Source of the DNA: an uncultured Candidatus Saccharibacteria bacterium
Lineage (GTDB): Bacteria; Patescibacteriota; Andersenbacteria; UBA10190
Direction: 5' to 3'
DNA length: 64,000 nucleotides
Assembly (NCBI GenBank): GCA_964654145.1
Contig: CAZZHI010000001.1
Span: 9,956 to 73,955, forward strand
The notes below the pieces were generated by a model that had not been told where the DNA came from, searched no databases, and worked only from the letters and a program-made list of their open reading frames with translations. Both the position numbers and the translations under genes were made by a program. Positions within the stretch are counted from its first letter, which is position 1, and each line of letters opens with the position of its first letter. Shown here piece by piece: positions 47,700-57,425 of this stretch.

Positions 47700-48659
47700 A
47701 TGTCTAAAACAGCGCTTATAACAGGTATTACGGGGCAAGATGGTTCATACTTAACGGAGCTTCTTTTGGAGAAGGGGTATGATGTGTATGGTCTTGTGCA
47801 GAGGAGCGCAAATTATCAATTTGAGAATATTGAGCACCTGCTTCCTGATATTACTATTATTACGGGTGACTTGGCTGATTCTTCCTCTCTTATGCGAGCA
47901 GTCCAAGTATCAGGTCCTGATGAAGTGTATAATCTTGCAGCTCAGTCCTTTGTGAAGGCGAGTTGGGATATACCGGAGCTTACGGGAGATATTACGGGAG
48001 TAGGGGTTTCTCGAGTACTTGAGGCTGTACGCCTAGAGGCACCAAAGGCTCGCTTTTATCAAGCTAGTAGTAGTGAAATGTTTGGAAAGGTGCTCGCGGT
48101 TCCCCAAAATGAAGATACTCCGTTCTACCCTCGAAGTCCTTACGGAGTTTCAAAGGTGTACGGGCATTACGCTACTGTGAATTATAGGGAAAGTTTTGGA
48201 CTCTATGCATGTTCTGGCATTTTGTTTAATCACGAATCCCCTCGACGTGGAAGAGAGTTTGTAACTCGCAAGATAGCAATTTCGGTAGCAAGAATTAAAA
48301 AAGGTCTCGATTCTGCACTTAAAATGGGCAACATAGAAGCAAAGCGTGATTGGGGTTTTGCGGGAGATTATGTTCGAGCTATGTGGCTCATGCTCCAGCA
48401 GGATACGCCAGAAGATTTTGTTGTTGGGACCGGAGAAACACATTCTGTTAAGGAGTTTCTCGAACTTGCTTTTAGCCATGTAGGTCTAAACTGGCAGGAC
48501 TATGTAACAGAAGACCCCGAATTTATGAGGCCGGCGGAAGTAGATTTGTTGTTGGCTGACCCTACGCGCGCTCGAGAAAAGCTCGGCTGGACTACGGAGG
48601 TTTCCTTTCCTGAGCTTGTTTCCATGATGGTGGAAGCGGAGTTGAAGGCGCTCGCGTAA
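47700..48659 (+). CDS. gmd: GDP-mannose 4,6-dehydratase
   Basis: The real start is an internal Met (MSKTALITGITGQDGSYLTELLLEKGYDVYGL). The track ORF from 47505 overlaps truB and is out of context. The catalytic SxxxxxYxxxK region is present (SPYGVSKVYGHY). Confidence 0.85.
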   Translation: MSKTALITGITGQDGSYLTELLLEKGYDVYGLVQRSANYQFENIEHLLPDITIITGDLADSSSLMRAVQVSGPDEVYNLAAQSFVKASWDIPELTGDITGVGVSRVLEAVRLEAPKARFYQASSSEMFGKVLAVPQNEDTPFYPRSPYGVSKVYGHYATVNYRESFGLYACSGILFNHESPRRGREFVTRKIAISVARIKKGLDSALKMGNIEAKRDWGFAGDYVRAMWLMLQQDTPEDFVVGTGETHSVKEFLELAFSHVGLNWQDYVTEDPEFMRPAEVDLLLADPTRAREKLGWTTEVSFPELVSMMVEAELKALA

Positions 48660-49597
48660 TGGATAGTAGCTCTGTCATTATAACGGGCGGGGGTGGATTT
48701 GTAGGGAGGCATCTTATTGCGGAGCTTCAGCAAAAATCCTCATTTTCTCGCATTCTTGTTTTTGATACGCATGTTGAGCAGCTCCCCCTTGGCGTTGAGG
48801 GGTACGAGGTTGATATTACTAATCCTAAAACATATCAGCATATTCTTCGTGATAATAATCCGGCATGGATTATTCATCTTGCCGCAGTGAGCTCTGTCGG
48901 TTTTGCGATTGATCATCCAGATATTACAAAAACAGTAAATGTGTTCGCAACTGAACAACTGCTTGAAGTATCAAAAAAGCTTGGAAATGAAACTAAGTTT
49001 CTCATTATAAGCAGCGCGGATATTTATGGTCGTGTTGATTTGGAAATAGTTCCTGAATTACCACTTTCTGGTGCGCATCCTACTAACCCCTATGCACAGA
49101 GTAAGCTCGATATGGAGATGATGATTGAAGAAAAGTATAACGATCGATGCATTCGGGTTCGCCCATTTCCGCACATTGGTCCTGGGCAAAACAAGGGTTT
49201 TGTGACCGCTGATTTTGCATCCCAAATCGCGGCTATCGAGAAAGGGGATCAGGACCCAGTAGTTTCCGTTGGGAATTTGGATGCGAAGAGGGACTTTACA
49301 GATGTTCGTGATGTGGTGCGAGCGTATAATCTTTTACTCGAAAAGGGCCGCATGGGCGAGGTATACCATGTTGCGAGCTCGCAGGCTCACTCTATTTCGG
49401 ATGTGTTAGCAACAATGCTATCTATGAGTAGTGTTGCTATCGAAGTTTCTCAAGATGCTTCTCGAATGAGGCCTTCTGACACCCCTATTCTTATAGGGTC
49501 GGCTGAAAAAATATTCTTAGAAACAGCCTGGAAGCCAGAAATTTCATTTGAGACTTCCCTCAAAGATGTTTTGAATGACTGGCGAGGGCGATCTTAG
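48659..49597 (+). CDS. NAD-dependent epimerase/dehydratase partner of Gmd (GDP-6-deoxy-4-keto-mannose reductase Rmd- or GDP-fucose-synthase-like)
   Basis: It has a Rossmann motif (IITGGGGFVGRHL), a YxxxK motif (PYAQSKLDME), and is 312 aa. It lies immediately after gmd with a 1-nt overlap. Confidence 0.6.
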   Translation: MDSSSVIITGGGGFVGRHLIAELQQKSSFSRILVFDTHVEQLPLGVEGYEVDITNPKTYQHILRDNNPAWIIHLAAVSSVGFAIDHPDITKTVNVFATEQLLEVSKKLGNETKFLIISSADIYGRVDLEIVPELPLSGAHPTNPYAQSKLDMEMMIEEKYNDRCIRVRPFPHIGPGQNKGFVTADFASQIAAIEKGDQDPVVSVGNLDAKRDFTDVRDVVRAYNLLLEKGRMGEVYHVASSQAHSISDVLATMLSMSSVAIEVSQDASRMRPSDTPILIGSAEKIFLETAWKPEISFETSLKDVLNDWRGRS

Positions 49598-51453
49598 TTA
49601 GTTCTATACAGCGTGTATGGCCCATAGGACGCTACCGCGTTCCAGGTTGGCCGTATGATAAGTGATTTGAATACTATGTTCTCCTGAGGGCCTACGAGTA
49701 CGTAGCGAGGATCTTCGCCTTCTATAGTGTTGGTCATTTCTGCAAAGTAGCTTTTTATCTCCCTTTCTCTTTCCCAAGGCGTTCCTCCATGGCTCCATAT
49801 ATGGGCGGGGTATCCTAGGAAGATTGATCTTCCGGATAGTATTGCGGGAGAATTGTGTACAGGGGCTGTGAGGACGGGGATTTTGGGTGGAACAATTCTT
49901 TGTATCGCTCTAGCCATATATATGCCATTTTGATCCCATTCGAGCCATGTTGTTGCTGTTGGCAGTGTTAGTTTGTAGATATCGAGTATTCCAGCAAAAA
50001 TATGAATAAAGATGACCCCCAAAACTCCAAGACGTATCCAGATTCTTGGAGTTCGTTTTATGAGCGTTGCTGCGCACCATGCGATAATTGGAAGAATAAA
50101 AATAAGCCAAAATACAAATAGTTTGAAGTTGTCCCATGCCCATGGGGCAAATAAAAATGTGTCCGCAAGAATAAATAAGAATGTTCCCGCTCCTGTTAGC
50201 GCTTTTGCGCTTTTGGGTACTTTTTTGATACATAGGGCGGCAATACTTAAGGGGATGTATATTCCGGTATTTTGGATCCAGTAGACAATGTGATTTATTG
50301 TTCCAGCCATCCACCCCGGACCATATCTGAAAAAGGAACCTTCTACGGCGCTTCCGTTCATATAGAAGAAAAGTTCGGGTATTCCAATAAGGAGCGCAGA
50401 GCAAAAAAAGCGAACCCAAAAACTGCGAACCGGGTAGCATATAAGCATTGCAAGAATTGCTGCGGAGAGCGCGATACAGGCATGTGCATGAAAGAGTGGG
50501 AGCATTCCGGCGAGAAGGCCAGCAACTATTGGTGCGTACTGCCTCTTCATTCTCTTGGGGTGAATAAGAAGGAGTACCGATAATACGATAGGTATTCCAA
50601 ACAACATTGCTCGTTGTGGAAGAAGAAGGGATGTTACGGGGTTTAAAAAGTGAAAGCCATTTACGTCAGTTCCTACGCCCGAATAATCTCTTGTGGGCAG
50701 GTGCAAAAAGAATTCTCCGATTGAAGTTGTACTTGCTGCAATATCTGAGGGAAGTCGAATCCAGCCAAGTGCGGCGCCTCCAAATAAAAATAATGCGCAT
50801 GCAATAATGCCGGCCTGTTTAGATTCTCCATAATCTTTTCCAACGATATATATAAGAACCAGGAGGCAGGGAATTAATAATATTGCTGGTACATTTATGC
50901 TTGCTGCAAGCGATGATCCTAGGCTTACCATTGTTGCGCTAATAAGGTTTGCAAGAAAAGGATAGGTGAGCTTTTCGCCAGTAAATATAGGATCTTCCAT
51001 TGGCAGTGTGCCTTGTTCTGATAGCCCCATAATAATTGCGCCGTGCCACCCAATATCCCCGTATGCGTTTATAATCCCGGTGTATAAACCATCTGGTCGC
51101 TCTATAAGGAGTTTTGATCCGATAATGCTAAATAGAATTATTGATACAATAAAAATACCGCCTCCTATCCAATCTGTTTTCATGTTTCGCAATTGGTAGA
51201 AAATTTTGGGATGGAGTATCGATATGGCGATAGTGCAAAATAAGCCAAGTTGAATGGCAACGCTTAGGGGTGTTATTGGGACAATGTAAGCTGTCGCATA
51301 CGCAATAGTTCCATAGAGCGTTACGCCCAATACGCTCCCAACGCTATATGTAAGTATTTTTTCTCGAAATAGTTTAAGCCAGGATACCAGAGCAACGCCT
51401 GCAAATGCAGGAATCAGAAGTGTTATTGCAGCAATGAGCCATTGGTATACCAT
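49594..51453 (-). CDS. Large polytopic membrane protein, putative GT-C-type glycosyltransferase
   Basis: The protein is about 620 aa with more than 12 TM helices. The start was taken at Met MVYQWLIAAITLL (the track start 51516 overlaps the divergent gene). The family is not recognised with confidence. Confidence 0.4.
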   Translation of the reverse strand: MVYQWLIAAITLLIPAFAGVALVSWLKLFREKILTYSVGSVLGVTLYGTIAYATAYIVPITPLSVAIQLGLFCTIAISILHPKIFYQLRNMKTDWIGGGIFIVSIILFSIIGSKLLIERPDGLYTGIINAYGDIGWHGAIIMGLSEQGTLPMEDPIFTGEKLTYPFLANLISATMVSLGSSLAASINVPAILLIPCLLVLIYIVGKDYGESKQAGIIACALFLFGGAALGWIRLPSDIAASTTSIGEFFLHLPTRDYSGVGTDVNGFHFLNPVTSLLLPQRAMLFGIPIVLSVLLLIHPKRMKRQYAPIVAGLLAGMLPLFHAHACIALSAAILAMLICYPVRSFWVRFFCSALLIGIPELFFYMNGSAVEGSFFRYGPGWMAGTINHIVYWIQNTGIYIPLSIAALCIKKVPKSAKALTGAGTFLFILADTFLFAPWAWDNFKLFVFWLIFILPIIAWCAATLIKRTPRIWIRLGVLGVIFIHIFAGILDIYKLTLPTATTWLEWDQNGIYMARAIQRIVPPKIPVLTAPVHNSPAILSGRSIFLGYPAHIWSHGGTPWEREREIKSYFAEMTNTIEGEDPRYVLVGPQENIVFKSLIIRPTWNAVASYGPYTLYRTN

Positions 51454-51462
51454 ATACGTATT

Positions 51463-52869
51463 ATGAATAGTATAACCTTCTTTGGCGGAGCTGGAAGTGT
51501 CACGGGCAGTAAGCATCTTGTCGAAATTGCTGGGAAGAGAATCTTATTAGATTGTGGTACGTTCCAAGGGCTGCCAGATGTTCGTTCTCGAAATAGAGTA
51601 TTTTCCTTTCCTCCCGATTCTATCGATGCTGTAGTTATTTCTCATTCTCATTTGGATCATATTGGAATGCTCCCCCTTCTTGTAAAGCGTGGGTATGCCG
51701 GAAAAATTTTCTCTACCCCCGCTACGAAAGACGTTGCGTCTTACATGCTTTCGGATTCAGCTGCTATTGAAATGCAGGACGTTTTGTATCGCCAGAAGCA
51801 TCATTTTGGTTCTCCTGATGAGCGAGAGCCGTTATTTGTGTTAGAGGATGTTTCCACAACTTTGGATCGATTTATAACATTTCCGTATGCTCGGGAGGAT
51901 GATTCCTGGCATGAAATACTCCCAGGGGTTTCTTTGAAGTTTTATGACGCCGGGCATATTTTAGGGTCCTCTATTATCGTATTGCGTTACGAAGAAGATG
52001 GTGCTGTAAAGCATGTTGCGTATACAGGGGATGTTGGCCCTAAGGGCGTACCCCTTTTGCATGATCCAGAAGTTCCTAAGGAGGAAATACATACACTTCT
52101 TATGGAAAGTACATATGGAAACAGAAAGCATTCTCCTCTTGTTGAAGCTGAGGATCGATTAGTTGAAGAGATTATAAAAATCCACAAAAGAAAGGGAGTT
52201 ATTGTTGTACCAGCATTTTCTCTTGGTCGAACACAGATGTTGGTCTATACAATTCACAAGCTTGTTGACTCTGGGCGCATCCCTCGATTTCCAATTTTTG
52301 TAGATTCTCCGCTTGCTACCGATATTACGGATATATATCGGAACTATCATAAAGAATACGATAAAGAAGCGGGCACGGATTTTTCTCGTACAGGGGAGGT
52401 TCCTCTAGAGTTTCGAAATTTGGAATATATTCGATCTGCTGAAGAGTCAAAACGTCTAAATGGGAAGCCGGGACCTTTTATGATTATTTCCGCTTCCGGA
52501 ATGATGACTGCAGGCCGAGTAGTCCATCATCTTCGCAATACTATTACCGACCCTAAAAATGCAGTTTTTATAACTGGGTATCAAGCAATCGGTACAACAG
52601 GAAGAAAAATTTTAAGCGGAGCTGACCAAGTAGAGCTCCATGGGCAGTGGTATAAGATCGGGGCGGAGGTATTGTTGTTCAATGAATTTTCTGCGCATGC
52701 AGATGCGGAGCAGCTTACGGAACTGGCCTCTCGTATTCATGGGCTTTCTACAATAGCTCTTGTTCATGGGGAGGTACGGGAATCAGAGGCGCTTAAGGTA
52801 GCGTTGAAGCAGAAAAACGATCAGTGGGAAATTGTTTTATCTAGTGAGGGAAAATCTATTTCCATTTAG
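51463..52869 (+). CDS. MBL-fold beta-CASP family metallo-hydrolase (RNA-metabolising, RNase J/CPSF-like)
   Basis: The N-terminus is MNSITFFGGAGSVTGSKHL. It has the HxHxDH motif (ISHSHLDHIG) and a beta-CASP region with a C-terminal His motif (FSAHAD). Confidence 0.75.
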   Translation: MNSITFFGGAGSVTGSKHLVEIAGKRILLDCGTFQGLPDVRSRNRVFSFPPDSIDAVVISHSHLDHIGMLPLLVKRGYAGKIFSTPATKDVASYMLSDSAAIEMQDVLYRQKHHFGSPDEREPLFVLEDVSTTLDRFITFPYAREDDSWHEILPGVSLKFYDAGHILGSSIIVLRYEEDGAVKHVAYTGDVGPKGVPLLHDPEVPKEEIHTLLMESTYGNRKHSPLVEAEDRLVEEIIKIHKRKGVIVVPAFSLGRTQMLVYTIHKLVDSGRIPRFPIFVDSPLATDITDIYRNYHKEYDKEAGTDFSRTGEVPLEFRNLEYIRSAEESKRLNGKPGPFMIISASGMMTAGRVVHHLRNTITDPKNAVFITGYQAIGTTGRKILSGADQVELHGQWYKIGAEVLLFNEFSAHADAEQLTELASRIHGLSTIALVHGEVRESEALKVALKQKNDQWEIVLSSEGKSISI

Positions 52870-53086
52870 GATTGTCTGGGTGCCATTGGCTATTATGCTC
52901 CGCCGCTTTTCGAATAGCTTCTTCATGCTTTTCCATTCGTAAGGGCATACCTTTCCCAAACAGTGCATTTGCGAGTAGTAGCCCAACGATAAAGCCCGGT
53001 CCGAATCCTGTTACAAAATACACGAGAATAAACGCAGCTATCCTTACGATATCTGCGGATAGCTGTATGATGCTCGAGGTATCCAT
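52856..53086 (-). CDS. Small 2-TM membrane protein (hypothetical)
   Basis: The protein is 76 aa with a hydrophobic core (IVRIAAFILVYFVTGFGPGFIVGLLLANALFG) and a basic C-terminus. Confidence 0.35.
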   Translation of the reverse strand: MDTSSIIQLSADIVRIAAFILVYFVTGFGPGFIVGLLLANALFGKGMPLRMEKHEEAIRKAAEHNSQWHPDNPKWK

Positions 53087-53093
53087 ACTCGGA

Positions 53094-53207
53094 TTAATAT
53101 CTTAGCTTACTTGCTTGCATGAGGATAAATGTAATGACAAGCCCCAGCAGCATACCTACAATAAAAAAAGCTCCCCAGAGAATTGCATGATCAAGTAATG
53201 AGCTCAT
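53094..53207 (-). CDS. Hydrophobic miniprotein of 37 aa (below the ORF-track cutoff)
   Basis: Reverse translation gives MSSLLDHAILWGAFFIVGMLLGLVITFILMQASKLRY. It lies in tandem immediately upstream of the 76-aa membrane protein, with no convincing SD. Confidence 0.25.
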   Translation of the reverse strand: MSSLLDHAILWGAFFIVGMLLGLVITFILMQASKLRY

Positions 53208-53245
53208 ACTGCTATGGTACACAATAGAGTATACTTTTAGCTAGT

Positions 53246-53854
53246 ATGATCACTGATATATCGCGGCCTATTCACCCCCATATGGCAATCTATCCCCAGA
53301 ATCCAGCTGTAAGGATTACCACTATTCGGGAAGCCTCTTCCGGGAAAACGGCTCTTAGTGAGATTACGCTAGGCTCCCATACAGGGACACATATTGATGC
53401 TCCTTCCCATATTCATTTAGGGGGTAGGGGGGTAGATGTATATCCACTCGAGCAGCTCATTGGAGATGCTCAGCTGGTAGAAATTGACCCCTCTATTGAA
53501 ACTATTAATGGGCAGGATATACCTCCTACTTCCTGTGAGCGTGTTTTGTTAAAGACGAAAAACTCTCAAAACGATATAGATACATTCGAGGATTCATTTA
53601 CTGCGTTATCAGAAGATGGCGCCCAGGAACTCCTTCGTCGAAATATCCGCTTAATTGGAATAGACGGTTTTTCTATTAAAAAACGAGGGGTCGTTGATCG
53701 AGTGCATGAACTATTATTGGATGCGGGAGTCGTTGTAATAGAGGGGTTGTATTTGCGCCAGGCTGCTATCGGGGATTATCGGCTTATATGCTTACCTTTG
53801 CCAGTTGTTGGGGTTGATGGTGTGCCTGTTAGGGCAGTCCTTGATTCTCGATAA
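53246..53854 (+). CDS. Cyclase-family protein (kynurenine formamidase-like)
   Basis: It has the HxGTHxDxPxH motif (GSHTGTHIDAPSHIH) and is 202 aa. Confidence 0.7.
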   Translation: MITDISRPIHPHMAIYPQNPAVRITTIREASSGKTALSEITLGSHTGTHIDAPSHIHLGGRGVDVYPLEQLIGDAQLVEIDPSIETINGQDIPPTSCERVLLKTKNSQNDIDTFEDSFTALSEDGAQELLRRNIRLIGIDGFSIKKRGVVDRVHELLLDAGVVVIEGLYLRQAAIGDYRLICLPLPVVGVDGVPVRAVLDSR

Positions 53855-53876
53855 GAAATAGACTATCACTACTGAT

Positions 53877-55757
53877 ATGCACGTTGAACCTCTTATGTTA
53901 GGGGATCGAAAAATCGGTCCAGGGTATCCAGCATTTATTATTGCCGAAGCAGGAATAAATCATAATGGAAGTATTGAGCGCGCGTATGCGCTTATTGATG
54001 CTGCTAAGGATGCGGGGGCTGATGCTGTAAAGTTTCAAAAGCGAAATCTCGCTGAAACGTATCAAAAGAAAATTTTGGATAATCCAAATAGCGCTGAGCA
54101 AAAATATCAGTACTTAATTCCCCTTTTAAAAGAATTTGAACTTCCCGACTCTGCCTTTGTTGAAATGGAGCGCTATGCCGAGAAGAGAAATATTATATTT
54201 ATGGTAAATCCGTGGGATAAAAAAAGTGCGGATGCTATAGAAGAGTTGCTTCATGTGCCTTTGTATAAAGTTGGCTCTCCTGATTTTACAAATAACGAGC
54301 TATTGGAATATATTGCGAAAACAAAAAAACCCATGATTGTTTCTACTGGCATGGCGCAAGATGCTGAAATTGAAACTGGAATGGCATTCATTAAAACGCT
54401 CGGCGTTCCATTTGCTGTGTTGCATTGTAACAGTACATACCCTGCTCCCTTTGATGAAATTAATTTAAAGTATATGGACACCCTGACCAAATATGGTGTT
54501 CCTGTTGGGTACTCTGGTCATGAGCGTGGAATTGCCGTCTCTATTGGAGCCGTTGCTCGGGGCGCTTCTATTATTGAGCGACATATTACGGTTGATAAAA
54601 ATCTAGATGGCCCAGACCATAAGGCTTCATTGTTGCCTGATGAATTTAAGGAAATGGTTTCTGGTATTCGCGAGGTAGAGCGCGCAATTGGAAACCCTAT
54701 TAAAAAGCTTTCTCGGGGAGAAATTATGAATCGAGAATTATTGGCGAAAAGCATTGTTGCTAAGGTGTTTATTGCTGAAGGTGCGGTTATAACCCGAGAG
54801 ATGCTCACTACAAAAAGTCCCGCTAAAGGACTATCTCCTCAGAAAATGGATCAAATTGTGGGAACTGTGGCGTCTCGTGATATTCCGGAGGGTGACGCCT
54901 TAACTGAAGATGATCTAAGCGCTTCTGACATTGCCTCTACATTTTCCTCGGAGGATATTGCCTGGAAATGGGGGCCTGTTGTGAGATGGAAAGATTTTGA
55001 ATCGTATTTACCCTATAACCCTTCTTTGTTTGAGTTTCATTTGAGTGATAAAGATTTAGATGAAGCGATACCGAAGGGTACATTCTCTCAAGAAGTGATC
55101 GTTCATGCGCCAGAATACATGAAGCGTGTCTACTTAAACCCAGCATCGGAAGATGCTGATGAGCGCAAGGCGACAATTAAAATCCTTCAAAAGAGTGTGG
55201 ATATTGCTCGTTTATTGGGCGAATCTTTTGTTGGAACCCCAAAGTTTATTATCCATCCTGGCGGGATTACTCTTACGAAGTCCGATCACCCCAAACAGTT
55301 ACTCGAAATATTTGCCGACACCCTTTCGCAACTCAAGTCGGACGGAGTTGAAATATTGCCAGAAAATCTCCCCCCACGCCCATGGGTGTTTGGGGGTGAG
55401 TGGGTGACAAATATTTTTATGCTCGCAGGCGAAATTGAAGAATTCTTAAAATCCACTGGTTACAATATGTGTTTTGACACTTCTCATGCTGCACTTTCTT
55501 GTAATGCGTTTGGTGAAGATTTGCTAGCTATGATTACTCAGCTGCAACCATACATTCGACATTTGCATGTGGCGGACGGAAGTGGAACCGGTGAAGAGGG
55601 ACTTCAAATTGGTCAGGGTACGGTGGATTTTGGAACATTGCTAGCTCCGCTAGCTGGGTATAAACACACGATGGTTCCTGAAATTTGGCAGGGGCATTTA
55701 CATGGAGGAAAGGGATTTTTGCAGGCGATGGAGCATTTGAAGCCCTACTTGAAATAA
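53877..55757 (+). CDS. NeuB-family nonulosonic acid (sialic/pseudaminic/legionaminic acid) synthase fused to a C-terminal xylose-isomerase-like TIM-barrel (sugar phosphate isomerase/epimerase) domain
   Basis: The NeuB N-terminus is FIIAEAGINHNGSIERAYALIDAAKDAGADAVKFQ. It has HCNSTYPAPFDEINL and DKNLDGPDHKASL motifs and a SAF domain (IPEGDALTEDDL). About 270 extra residues follow, carrying IHPGG, LENLPP, FDTSHA and HLHVADG (AP_endonuc_2 / xylose isomerase-like). Confidence 0.8.
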   Translation: MHVEPLMLGDRKIGPGYPAFIIAEAGINHNGSIERAYALIDAAKDAGADAVKFQKRNLAETYQKKILDNPNSAEQKYQYLIPLLKEFELPDSAFVEMERYAEKRNIIFMVNPWDKKSADAIEELLHVPLYKVGSPDFTNNELLEYIAKTKKPMIVSTGMAQDAEIETGMAFIKTLGVPFAVLHCNSTYPAPFDEINLKYMDTLTKYGVPVGYSGHERGIAVSIGAVARGASIIERHITVDKNLDGPDHKASLLPDEFKEMVSGIREVERAIGNPIKKLSRGEIMNRELLAKSIVAKVFIAEGAVITREMLTTKSPAKGLSPQKMDQIVGTVASRDIPEGDALTEDDLSASDIASTFSSEDIAWKWGPVVRWKDFESYLPYNPSLFEFHLSDKDLDEAIPKGTFSQEVIVHAPEYMKRVYLNPASEDADERKATIKILQKSVDIARLLGESFVGTPKFIIHPGGITLTKSDHPKQLLEIFADTLSQLKSDGVEILPENLPPRPWVFGGEWVTNIFMLAGEIEEFLKSTGYNMCFDTSHAALSCNAFGEDLLAMITQLQPYIRHLHVADGSGTGEEGLQIGQGTVDFGTLLAPLAGYKHTMVPEIWQGHLHGGKGFLQAMEHLKPYLK

Positions 55758-55764
55758 CATACGC

Positions 55765-56562
55765 TTGATTTATATGATCCCTATTTACAAGTATCACGCT
55801 GAAGACTTTGATCGAGAACGTGCCTGGAACGACAGGTATCGTTCTATGTATTCAGGAGAAAAAAGTTTTGGCGAATATGAAAAACAATCTTTTTGGCAGC
55901 AACTTAAAGGCTATTTAAAAAAAGAGGGGAAGTATTTAGATGCGGGATGTGGAATTGGCGGATGGGTATTGTTTTTGAATGAGCAGGGCTTTCTTACTGA
56001 GGGAATTGATTCCAATTCGAGTGCAGTACGCGCTCTTACTGAATATGATCCTGATATTGTAGTAAGGATTGCAGGTACTGATGCTATTCCATACGGTAAC
56101 GAAACGTTTGACGGTATTATTTCTATTGGTTCATTGGAATATACAGAAGGGGCAATAGAAAAATCATTTCAAGAAATGTATCGCACGCTGAAAAAAGGCG
56201 GGTTCATTTGCGTGGAAGTTCCCCTCTTCAACACGATTCGAAAAGTTTTATACGTACCGCTTAAGCGCTTGGAGAGCTTTATGAAAAAATCCCAAGGAGT
56301 AACTCCTGATTTTGCGTACTACTTGTTTGATCGAAACGAGTTGGAGAACATGATTACGAATGCAGGTTTTACAATCGACACCGTAGCTGCTCACGATTTA
56401 CCGGATGCAAATAGTCATTTCGGGTTGTACGCAAACTGGCCGCTGCTCCGAGGCGAAAAGCCATACGAATTAAATGCGCTTGGAAGAGTTGTAAAAGCAA
56501 TCGCAAACAGCATTTCTCCGTGGATCGCTTCTGCTGGAGTTGTGGTTATTGCGAAAAAGTGA
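55765..56562 (+). CDS. Class I SAM-dependent methyltransferase
   Basis: Motif I is YLDAGCGIGGWV and motif II is GIISIGSLEY. The protein is 265 aa. Confidence 0.75.
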   Translation: MIYMIPIYKYHAEDFDRERAWNDRYRSMYSGEKSFGEYEKQSFWQQLKGYLKKEGKYLDAGCGIGGWVLFLNEQGFLTEGIDSNSSAVRALTEYDPDIVVRIAGTDAIPYGNETFDGIISIGSLEYTEGAIEKSFQEMYRTLKKGGFICVEVPLFNTIRKVLYVPLKRLESFMKKSQGVTPDFAYYLFDRNELENMITNAGFTIDTVAAHDLPDANSHFGLYANWPLLRGEKPYELNALGRVVKAIANSISPWIASAGVVVIAKK

Positions 56563-56683
56563 CCCGCAGGTCATCCCGGACTTGATCCGGGATCCACGTC
56601 GTGCTATTCCCCTCACCCCATCCCTCTCCCCAACTCAAAACCGCGCCTGTTGGCGCGGAGAAGGGAGAGGGCGATAGATTGAA
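56563..56683. terminator. Structured intergenic region between convergent genes: nested hairpins, candidate bidirectional terminator
   Basis: The hairpins are atcccgga-cttga-tccgggat (8-bp stem), ccgcgcc-tgtt-ggcgcgg (7-bp stem), and an outer pairing ccctctccc...gggagaggg. Confidence 0.4.
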
Positions 56684-57421
56684 TTACCACGCAGTCCAAC
56701 CACCATCTACTACCAGGTTTGAGCCAGTCATGTAGCTGGATGCATCAGATGCCAAAAATACGAGTGGCCCGCCCACTTCTTCCGGGTTCGCCATGCGACC
56801 CATAGGAGTTCGGGCGCCGTACGCATCAGTAAATTCTTTTCCATGGCCATGGAGTACTCCGCCGAGTGTAAGGGTGTTTGCACGTATTCCTTTATCTCCG
56901 TATGTTGTTGCAAGGAATTTCGTGAGCATTACAACGCCGCCTTTGGTCAAGAAGTAATCAACGGGCTTCTGGGTTCCATTCGGATAAATGCGCTGGTCAG
57001 GACCCGTTACTCCGTAAATGGAAGATATGTTAATGATGTTACCGGACCCTGCTTCAAGCATGTGTCGTACAGCTTCCTGCGCAACGAGCGTATAGCCAAG
57101 TAGGTTCACGTCGAGGCTCTGCCTGATGAGTTCTTCCGGATAGTTCTCAAACAGCTTTGTGTTCTGGGCTGCGTCGGGCTCAAACTTCGGATCAATTGCG
57201 GCGTTGTTAATGACAATGTCTATCTTGCCGTGCATCTCTTTCGCTTTTGTAAATGCAGCAGCTATAGATGATGCATTTGTTACGTCCATTTGAACGTCCG
57301 CATCTTCGCCCCTGTCTGTAATAATTACCGTTGCACCTGCTTCTTGTAATGCCTTAATAAAGTATCCACCGAGGAAACCTTTTCCGCCGGTTATAAGTAC
57401 GATTTTGTTTGTGAGTTCCAT
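56684..57421 (-). CDS. Short-chain dehydrogenase/reductase (SDR)
   Basis: It has TGGKGFLGG, NNAAI and YxxxK (YFLTK) motifs, and is 245 aa. Confidence 0.8.
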   Translation of the reverse strand: MELTNKIVLITGGKGFLGGYFIKALQEAGATVIITDRGEDADVQMDVTNASSIAAAFTKAKEMHGKIDIVINNAAIDPKFEPDAAQNTKLFENYPEELIRQSLDVNLLGYTLVAQEAVRHMLEAGSGNIINISSIYGVTGPDQRIYPNGTQKPVDYFLTKGGVVMLTKFLATTYGDKGIRANTLTLGGVLHGHGKEFTDAYGARTPMGRMANPEEVGGPLVFLASDASSYMTGSNLVVDGGWTAW

Positions 57422-57425
57422 AGCG

